A stretch of 63,980 bases of DNA, counting the filler, from an uncultured bacterium (GTDB lineage Bacteria > CAYJOG01), in NCBI GenBank assembly GCA_964371695.1. It is 5 parts of 5 records of this genome, joined end to end, with 100 filler letters (N's around TTAATTAATTAA, not from the genome) between each part and the next. Parts side by side here need not be neighbours in the genome. Positions count along the whole stretch, not along the records: positions 55,601 to 63,980 come from CAYJOG010000100.1; 4 more parts are not named here. One strand, written 5' to 3'. Position numbers and translations under genes: made by a program. This document shows, piece after piece, positions 56,355-63,980 of the stretch; position 1 is the first letter of the stretch; every line of letters starts with the position of its first letter. The notes under the pieces are model-generated. The model made no database searches. It saw only the letters and a list, made by a program, of their open reading frames with translations, and was not told the DNA's origin.

Positions 56355-59048
56355 ACACGCCGGGTGTGCCCCTCACCGATCACACGCCCCGTGGCTGGAT
56401 GCTCTGGCTCACACTGGGCCTGTTCGTCATTCCCCTGATTCTTTTTGTCCAGCCCCTGGCCCAGAACCTGCTGATTTTTGGCTGGGACACGGTGGGGGAG
56501 TTCGCCCACTGGCGGCCCTGGATGTTTGGCTGGCTCAAAAAAGGCATTTTCCCGTTTTATAACCCTTATCTGCTGTCGGGTTATCCATTGGGCCTGGACC
56601 CCCAGCAGGCCCCGTTTTATGCCCCCAACTGGCTCTATGCCTGGATGCCCTTTGCCCAGGCCCTGGCGCTGAGCGCCCTGCTGCACACCTGGTGGGCGGG
56701 GCTGGGGGCTTACCGGCTGAGCCGGGCGCTGGGGTCTCACCGCTGGCTGGCCCTGGCGGCGGCGTTGTGCTGGCAGGGGTGCAGCCTGTTTCAGGGACAA
56801 CTGGTGCTGGGGGGCATTCCCCAGCACTGCACGCTGGCCTGGGGGGCGTGGGTGTTGTTGTGTGTGGAGCGCCTGCTGGTGAAACCCTCGCCCCGCCGCG
56901 CCTCGCTGCTGGCTCTGGTGAGCGGCCTGAGCTTTTACGCCGGTCACACGCAATACGCGCTTTATTTCGCCTATGCCGGGGGCGTTTATGCACTGGTGCG
57001 GCTGTGGCAAGACAAAACCCTGGCCGAGAAACCCGCCCTGCGCGCCCTGGGTCTGTCGGCCCTGCTGCTGGGGGGCCTGCTGGCGGTGCAACTGGTGATG
57101 GTGGGCCACCTGGGGGGCATGAGCGTGCGCAAGGGGGGCATGAACCCCTTTGAAGACAACACCACGCTGGTTGTGCTGAACCTGCTGAGTTTTTTCATGC
57201 CCACGGCCATGGGGCTGGAGACAAAAGGTTATTACTGGGGCCTGGGGGTGATGAACCTGTGGATGCCCTTTGTGGGCATTTTGTGGCCCTGGCTGTGGCT
57301 GAGCCAGTGGCGCAGGGCCTTTGTCACGCCCCGCGTGGCCGCCAGCGCCGCCGCCATGCTGTTTTGCCTGGGCATGGGGGTGGGCTTGCCCAACCTCATT
57401 GCCATGGCGGGGTTTGAGAGCCTGCCGGGACTGAACCTGATGCGCGCCCCCATGCGCTGGTGGGCCGTGGCCTGTCTGCTCATGGCCACCGGCGGCGCGG
57501 CGCTGATGTCGCGGCTGATTGAAGAGGGCAAAAACGGGGGCAAAGACTTGGCGCACGATTCCCTCTCCCCTCTGGGGAGAGGGTGGTCCGCAGGACCGGG
57601 CGAGGGGCAAGGCATAAACCTGAATCCGTTGTCTCAAAAGTGGCTGCTGTTCCCCGCCAGCATCATGGGACTGGGCCTGATGGCAAAAATATTTCCTTCG
57701 TTGGTTGAGCGTTTTTTGCAGGGCTGGTTCTTGGACGGGTTGATTCCCACCATCGCCAATATTTCCCCAATGGGCGACAAGGGATACATCTCCCCAATCA
57801 ACGGAATTGCTGAACAAATACCCAATGACCTGTTGATGGCGGGCGGTCTCTCGCTGATTTGGATGTTGCTGGCCCTGGTTGTTTTTAAATTCGCAAAATC
57901 AGACCGGAACTGGAAAATACAGATGGGCGTGTTGTGGGCTGCGCTGCCCGGTGTGCTGTTGTCCCTCCAACAAATCATTCTGGTTCCGCCCGAATCTCCC
58001 TATCTGCCGCCCCAGGTCATTTCGCTTCTCAAAAAACATGCCGGAAACGGCCGCTGGGCCAGCCACATCACCACCCTCAGCACACCGCTGCCCCACTGGA
58101 TTCGTGAGAACTACTTTCATCACCAGCTTTTTTCACAACAGCACCAACACGGGGGCATCCTGCACGGCCTGTCCAATATCGCGGGTTACGTCAGCCTGCC
58201 GCCAAAAGATTATCTGCATCTGGCCAATGGTTATGCAGGCCCTGATTTGAGGAAAGCCGCTAAAACGGATGGAAAGGGTTTTTATGCCAGTTTTTCCTTT
58301 GACCAGGAATTTCCGTTTGACACAAAAGTCCTGAATATTTTGTCCACACAAGCCATTCTGCTTAGCCCCTTTTTTGATTTTCCTGCCGACAGGGTGTTTG
58401 AAACCTTGGAAATGTGGGATAGCCAGAAAAAACCGAAAGGTTATTGCGCCCCCAGCAAACGGTGGTTCATGGCCGCCCAGTGGAAGGACTGGAAAATCTA
58501 TAAAAACCCCTGCGCCATGCCCCTGGCCTGGCCCGCCACGCAGTGGTCATTTTCACCCAAAACCGGCCCGCCGCGTCCGGGTTTGTCTTTGCCGCCGCCG
58601 CCGGTGCGGGCCACACAATTAAATTCCTGGGGTAAAAATCCACGTCTCGTCCACACCGACACGCCCCTCCCCATCGCCAAAAACACCGGCCCGCTGCTGG
58701 ACACAGAAAAAGTCATCTGGACACAGGGGGCGACGCCCAATCTGCTGCAACTCAAAAGCACCCTTGCCAAAAAACGTCTGGTGCTGGTGAGCCTGCCCTT
58801 TGACACCGCCTGGAAAGCCCAGGTGGATGGTCAGCCGGTGAAACTTTACAAGGTGAACTTCGCCCTCACGGGGCTGGTGTTGCCCGGCGGCGACCACCTT
58901 GTGCAGTTGCGTTATGAGCCGCCCTGGTTTTCGCTGGCCGCCGCCANNNNNNNNNNCCATAAGCCTGCTGTTCGCGGTGTTTGCCTTGCTGTTGCAGGCG
59001 GTCGCCCGCCCCCTTGGCGCACCCGCCCCGCCGCCCCATGATGGATAA
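56351..59048 (+). CDS. YfhO-like polytopic membrane protein (putative GT-C glycosyltransferase)
   Basis: FPFYNPYLLSGYP…FYAPN, AGHTQY, MRAPMRW, C-terminal WKAQVDG…LTGLVLPGGDHLVQLRYEP. A gap at 58947-58956 shifts the last TM helix (ISLLFAVFALL…HDG*). Confidence 0.8.
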
Positions 59049-59052
59049 AACC

Positions 59053-59353
59053 GAGTAGCGGCGGTGTCCATTGCTGTCAGGTTCATGAAAAAAGTTGAGG
59101 AATTACGGGGATATTTAAACGTAGCCCCGGCGTCTCGCCGGGAGTATCAACCGCGCCAGAGGCGCGCGCCTTGTGGTTTTTTTCATCTCCCTGAAAAGCA
59201 TCTGTTTTGTGCCGCCTTCGGCGGTTTTTTTCTCCCGGCGAGACGCCGGGGCTACAGGTAAATCTGACAGCAATAGCGGCGGTGTCCCCACCGCCGTAAA
59301 TAAACGGGTTCTCTGATTTTTGTTGATGCGCGGTGAGGACACCGCGCCTACTC
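59053..59353. repeat. Nested GTAG-family REP cluster
   Basis: GTAGCCCCGGCGTCTCGCCGGGAG inverted pair (59121-59144 and 59232-59255), flanked by GTAGCGGCGGTGTCC-type units. Confidence 0.85.
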
Positions 59354-59381
59354 TGTAAATGCTCCATCACCACCCAGCGGC

Positions 59382-61892
59382 ATGACCACAGCCCCGACAC
59401 AAGCCCACCGGCACCAATCCCCCCTCGCCCCCGGCCCCCTGGCCGTGGTGGCGCTGGCGGCGGTGGCCATGATGCTGCCCAACCTGCTGGGGGGCCGGGC
59501 CATCACGGGGTTTGACGCCGAGGGCGGCATCCGGGCCATGTTCAAACTCACGGCGGGGCTGGGGCCCTCGCAGGTGTTGTTGCCCCACCTCATGGCCGGT
59601 TATCCCTATGCGCTGGACAATGCCGTGTCGCCCAGCCCCCTGTTGTGGTGGTGGGCGCGGGTGGGTTATGACCAGGGTTTTGCGCCGGTCGTCATGCTGC
59701 ACCTGTTTGTCACCGGCTGGGGCGCGTTGCGCTGGCTGGGGGCGCTGGGCGTGGGGCGCACCGTGGCCACACCGGCGGCCTTGTGCTGGATGTTCAGCAC
59801 ACAAATGACCGGCCACTTGGTGATAGACGGTTTCTCCGCGTTCTTTGCCCAGGCGCTGCTGCCCCATCTGTTTTGTCAGGCCCTGGGGGTGGTGCGGCGG
59901 CCCGGCTGGCACAGCGCCCTGGGGCTGGCGGCCTGGGTGGCCGTGGCGCTGATTGACGCGCACCCCGCCATTGTCACCGCCACCATTCTGGGGGCCTGCC
60001 TGTGCGCCCTGGCGGTGGCCTTTGCCGAGGACATCCTTCGCCCGCGCCAGTTCCTGTGGCTGGCGGCGGCGGGGCTGATGGCGATTCCCCTGTGTCTGCC
60101 GGTGTTTGTGGGTTTGGTGGTGCTGGCCCAGCAGGGGCCAAGGCAGGGGGGCGTGGGGCCGCTGGCCACGCTGGGGGGCCTGCCGGTGGAATCCCTGCTC
60201 ACCCTGTGGCTGCCCGGCGTGTTTGGCCGCGACGTGTTGTCCGGCGGCCACCTGGGCCGGGGGTTCAGCAGCATGAACACGCTGTTTGTGGGGGCGCTGT
60301 GGCCGGTGCTGCTGTTTTCGCAAAAACGCGGTTTTTTGAAGGGCACGGCACTGGGCCTGTCGCTGGTGGCGGTGTTGTTCGCCTTCATGGCCATTGGCGC
60401 GCCCAGCCCCGTGGCGGTGGTGATGCAGCAATCAGCTTTTCCGCTGTCGCTGTTGCGCCTGCCGGTGCGCTGGGCCGGGCCGGTGGTGTTTCTCATGCTC
60501 ACCCTGGGGGCCATGGTGTTGCAGGCCCATCTGGCCCAGGGGGCGGCGGGTTTGCGTCTGCCCCGCTGGGTGCTCTGGTTTTTTGCCGCCACGGTGGCCG
60601 TGGGCGCGGGGCTGGGCCTCACGATTTACACCCTGCCCGCGCCCGTGCTGCTCCGGGCCGCCCTGTGGCTCAAACGCAACCCCCACCGCCTGAGCGGCCT
60701 GGAGCACCTGAGCGCCTACGACTGGGAACTCACCGGCCTGTGGCTGATGGGCGAAACCCTGGTGATGGGGGGCCTTGCGCTGCTCACGCTGTGGCTGATG
60801 GGCCGGGGCCGGTGGCCCGCCGCCCTGTGGCTCAGCGCCGCCGCCGTTTTGCTGGCCGCCGTGCCGGACCTGTGGCTCACCACTGGCTACAAACTGCCCG
60901 CCCTGCCGGTGCCCCGCACCGTGCAACATCAGGACCGCCTGCTGAGCCTGGTCACCCACACCCCCATCGGCGGCAAATACCTCACCCTTTATGAAGTGCT
61001 GAGCCAGGGCGCGGTGGGCAAGCTGCTGGAGCAGGGTTACAGCCCCATTCAGGCCAGCATGCCGTTGCCCCACGGCGGCTGGCAGGGGCTGCTGAGCGGC
61101 AGCCGCAAAGACACGGTGGAAACCGGCGTGCGCCTCAGCCCCACCCTGTTGCGTCTGCTGGCGGTGAAATGGGTGGTGACCCGCGACACGCCCCATTCCC
61201 GTTGCAGCGGCAGACTCTCTGACCGCGAGCGCACCTTCGCCATCGTGCGGGGCGACAAGGCCGCCCTGAAACCCGGCGGCGCTCGGCCCAAAGGTCTGGC
61301 CTGGGACTTTCTGTGTCTGGAAACAGACCTGCTGCGCACCTATGGCTGGGAGCCGGTGGCGGCCCGCACGCCGGGTTTTCGCTGGTGGCGCAACACCCGT
61401 GTGCTGAGCGGGGCCTATTTCGTGACGCAGTGGCAAGAGACGGCCGATCCCTATGGCGATCTGCTGCGCGCACCCCTGCAACTGCTGGCGTCTCCCCCGG
61501 TGCAAAAGCGCCTGCTGCGCCAACCCGCCCCCGCGCCAGCCGGTCAGATCACCCGCAGCGACCCCACCGTGCTGGTGCGCTGGGGCATTCAGCCCCCCGA
61601 TCGTTTTATCGCCCATCTGAAAACGCCCCGGCCGGGCCTGCTGGTGCTCACCGTGCCCTATTACAAGCAATACCGCGCCCACGCCGCGAATGGCCGTGAA
61701 CTGAAAATCACGCCGGTGGGCGACGCCCTCATCGGCATACGCCTGCCCAGGGGAGAACACCAACTGACGCTCACCTTTCATTACCCCCTGTGGGTGCTGC
61801 GGGGCTATGCGCTGGCCGCCTGGGTGTTGGCAATGGGGTTGTTGTGGTGGTTCCGAATCAGGCCCGAAGCCAATCCGCCGGGGCCGTTGTGA
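59382..61892 (+). CDS. YfhO-like polytopic membrane protein, paralog
   Basis: PHLMAGYP, LRLPVRW, C-terminal LLVLTVPYY…LIGIRLPRGEHQLTLTF plus a final TM helix. Confidence 0.78.
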   Translation: MTTAPTQAHRHQSPLAPGPLAVVALAAVAMMLPNLLGGRAITGFDAEGGIRAMFKLTAGLGPSQVLLPHLMAGYPYALDNAVSPSPLLWWWARVGYDQGFAPVVMLHLFVTGWGALRWLGALGVGRTVATPAALCWMFSTQMTGHLVIDGFSAFFAQALLPHLFCQALGVVRRPGWHSALGLAAWVAVALIDAHPAIVTATILGACLCALAVAFAEDILRPRQFLWLAAAGLMAIPLCLPVFVGLVVLAQQGPRQGGVGPLATLGGLPVESLLTLWLPGVFGRDVLSGGHLGRGFSSMNTLFVGALWPVLLFSQKRGFLKGTALGLSLVAVLFAFMAIGAPSPVAVVMQQSAFPLSLLRLPVRWAGPVVFLMLTLGAMVLQAHLAQGAAGLRLPRWVLWFFAATVAVGAGLGLTIYTLPAPVLLRAALWLKRNPHRLSGLEHLSAYDWELTGLWLMGETLVMGGLALLTLWLMGRGRWPAALWLSAAAVLLAAVPDLWLTTGYKLPALPVPRTVQHQDRLLSLVTHTPIGGKYLTLYEVLSQGAVGKLLEQGYSPIQASMPLPHGGWQGLLSGSRKDTVETGVRLSPTLLRLLAVKWVVTRDTPHSRCSGRLSDRERTFAIVRGDKAALKPGGARPKGLAWDFLCLETDLLRTYGWEPVAARTPGFRWWRNTRVLSGAYFVTQWQETADPYGDLLRAPLQLLASPPVQKRLLRQPAPAPAGQITRSDPTVLVRWGIQPPDRFIAHLKTPRPGLLVLTVPYYKQYRAHAANGRELKITPVGDALIGIRLPRGEHQLTLTFHYPLWVLRGYALAAWVLAMGLLWWFRIRPEANPPGPL

Positions 61893-63353
61893 AAACAGCC
61901 CCCTCGCTGAAAACCCGCCTCGGTGTCATGGCCCTGTGGTGGAGTGGGCTTTTCATGTGGGCCTTGTTTGCCTATTCGCTGCGCCCCTGGCTGCTGTTGA
62001 TTCACCTGCCCTGGCTGTGGGTGATGACCGGCGAAAAACTCGCCGCCCCCTGGCTCTGCCGGGCCTATGTGTTGCTGCTGGGTCTGAACCTGCTGGGGCT
62101 GTGCAGCATGTTGCTGGCCCTAAGTCCGATTACCCTGCTGGGGCCCCTGCTGCTGGTCGCCGGACTGATGCTGTGGCTGAAACCCAGCGCCCCGCCATGG
62201 CCGCTGGCGCTGGTGGTGCTGGGGGGATTGCTCAACACGCTGGCCCGGCCTCTGAACCTGTTTGTGCTGGATTCTGCTGTGCTGGTGCTCCTGGCCTGGG
62301 TGTTCTGGCCCCGTGTTTTGGCACGGATTCCAAAAGCCGCACCCGCCGGTTTTTCGCTGGGTGTGGGGTTGCTGGCGCTGTCGCGTCTGTGGGTGTTTTA
62401 TCAAGGCGTGATGCCGTTTACCGCGCCCAGGGTCAACGCCCAGCCGGGTGTGACGGTGATGCTTCCCATGGCCAGCCATCCGGGACTGGGACAGAACCCC
62501 CGTTTTGTGCTGGAAAGCTGCGATCGCCGCCACTGGTGGGTGGGCACGGCGTTTTCGCCCCTGCTCACGCGCTATGACAAAAAGTTCCAGCAGGCCAAAA
62601 GCGTGCTGCGGGGCAAGGCCACCGACCTGGCTTTTGAAGACTGTCAGCGGGGACTGATGCTGGTGGGCGACAACCAGCACCACCGGCTTTATGTGCTGGA
62701 CAACCACACCCTGGCCACGTTGTATCAAAGCCCCGACCTGAAGGCCCAGGTGAGTTACATGGCCGCCGACCCCGCCCGCCAACGTGTGTTTTTTGGCGAG
62801 GACGTAGGCTTCAAAACATGGCGGCTGGACTACGCCAATCCCCGCCGCCCCCGTCTGGACACCTTCAACATTCCCAGCTACGACCTGCTTTATCACCAGG
62901 GCGTGCTGTTTGTGGCCAGCAAGGGCGCACTGCTGCGTCTGGACCCGGAGGACATGACGGTGTTGAACCGACGGCCCCTCACCGTGCCGCTGCAACCCCA
63001 GCNNNNNNNNNNAGGCCACCACCGGCACGCTTTATGTCACGGATATTCTGGGGGGGCGTGTGTTGGTTTATGACGCCGAAACCCTCGCGCCCCGCGACAT
63101 CTATTGGACCGGCCCCGGCGTGCGCTACGCCTGGGTGGACGCAGTGGCGGGCAAACTCATCACCCTCAATTATTTCAGTGGTTATCTGGATGTGCGCAGC
63201 CTGAGCACCCACCGGCTGGAACAGCGCCTGTTTGTAGGCGGCAAGGGCCGGGCCATCACCACCACCCGCGACGGGCGTTTTCTGCTGATGGTGACCAACG
63301 TGGGGCTGATTTCCGTGGAGCCTTTTTATAAACGAATGAAGGTTCGTTTATAA
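61889..63353 (+). CDS. Membrane protein with C-terminal YVTN/YncE-like beta-propeller (spans N gap 63003-63012)
   Basis: About six TM helices, then propeller motifs (RLYVLDNHTL, DPARQRVFF, GTLYVTD…GRVLVYDAETL). GTGA overlap with the upstream gene. Confidence 0.7.
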
Positions 63354-63490
63354 AAAGGCTCTTGCAGCCAAGGATGGCTGCATCCGAAAACCGAAGCTTT
63401 GAAAATGCGCAGGTTTTCGCCCCGCCGAGGAGGCTTTGCCTCCGCTGGCGGTGAGTTTAAAAAGTCCAGGACGGACTTTTTAAACAACAC
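63318..63490. repeat. Cluster of palindromes, including a perfect 19-bp inverted repeat
   Basis: GAGCCTTTTTATAAACGAA-N6-TTCGTTTATAAAAAGGCTC (63318-63361), followed by three further hairpins including GTTTAAAAAGTCC…GGACTTTTTAAAC. Confidence 0.7.
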
Positions 63491-63766
63491 ATAGACCATC
63501 AATTGTGGCGGCGCTTCCCTTCCCCCTCTCCCCTTTATGGGGAGAGGATGCCCCGAAGGGGCAGGTGAGGGGTTTTATAAAAGGCAAAAAACCAAACAGT
63601 GTTTTTGCTTTTTGTTTTTGAATAAACCCCGGCGCTGTCGCGCCGCTGGGCGCGCCCGGCAGCATCAATATGCTGCCGCTTTCCCAAAAGCCCCACCCGC
63701 ACCCATTACCCCAACCCTCTCCCCATAAAGGGGAGAGGGGGTTGGGCCTCCTATACTTGAAAGCAA

Positions 63767-63980
63767 ATGCGGGTGTGCCTGATTCATCTGCCACTGAGGG
63801 TGGACCCCCGCAACATCGCCAGCGGCATTGCCACGCCGCCCCTGTGGGCCGCCCTGTTGCAGGGCGCGCTGGGGGCCAGTGGCCACGGCGTAACGGTGAT
63901 TGACGGTGCGGGGCTGGGGCTGGCGCAGCAGTTCGCCTGCGGCGGTGGTTTTTACCGGGGGCTGACACCTCGTGAAATCC
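63767..63980 (+). CDS. Cobalamin-binding radical SAM protein, 5' part (runs off window; absent from ORF track)
   Basis: MRVCLIHLPLRVDPRNIASGIATPPLWAALL…GGGFYRGL aligns with the N-terminus of 31690-33219 (RNIASGIVSPPLWAALL…GGGWFRGL). Confidence 0.8.
   Translation, partial: MRVCLIHLPLRVDPRNIASGIATPPLWAALLQGALGASGHGVTVIDGAGLGLAQQFACGGGFYRGLTPREI

Noticed and set aside
56240-56611. 21/22-bp repeat encoding GLDPQQA in two adjacent genes
   Set aside because: Short, GC-rich and with no other sign of duplication; treated as coincidence.

Overview
The window is not one continuous locus. It holds five unrelated contigs of a GC-rich bacterial draft/MAG assembly, joined by 100-bp N spacers containing TTAATTAATTAA (13989-14088, 27909-28008, 41805-41904, 55501-55600). 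Contig A (1-13988): a transposase remnant, then a lipoprotein and a large predicted outer-membrane beta-barrel, divergent from a >2970-aa secreted adhesin-like protein (NHL, FlgD-Ig, GPS/ZU5-like, PKD, Ig-repeat and FG-GAP modules). Contig B: hemB, a CHASE4 chemoreceptor, an acidic protein, an orphan parA, mutS, miaB, purT, an MgtC/DUF4010 protein and a GDP-sugar dehydratase. Contig C: trpA, an alpha/beta hydrolase, a B12-dependent radical SAM enzyme, a MOSC protein, a group 3b [NiFe] (sulf)hydrogenase operon with two lesions, an ABC-permease-like protein and a partial P-type ATPase. Contig D: an accessory island carrying SRAP, a GNAT toxin-antitoxin pair, imuB, dnaE2 frameshifted at a G10 tract, an AT-richer ankyrin gene, a second transposase remnant and a cohesin/dockerin cluster. 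This island is punctuated by repeated TGT-N5-CCGAAAAA transposon-end-like sites. Contig E: a Yip1-like protein, two YfhO-like membrane glycosyltransferases, a membrane beta-propeller protein and a partial second B12 radical SAM. The best novelty candidates are the array of transposon-end-like sites bounding cargo cassettes, the barrel/giant-adhesin locus, a potentially phase-variable DnaE2, and the ParA-acidic partner-chemoreceptor module. All domain calls come from motif recognition by eye; no database search was run.
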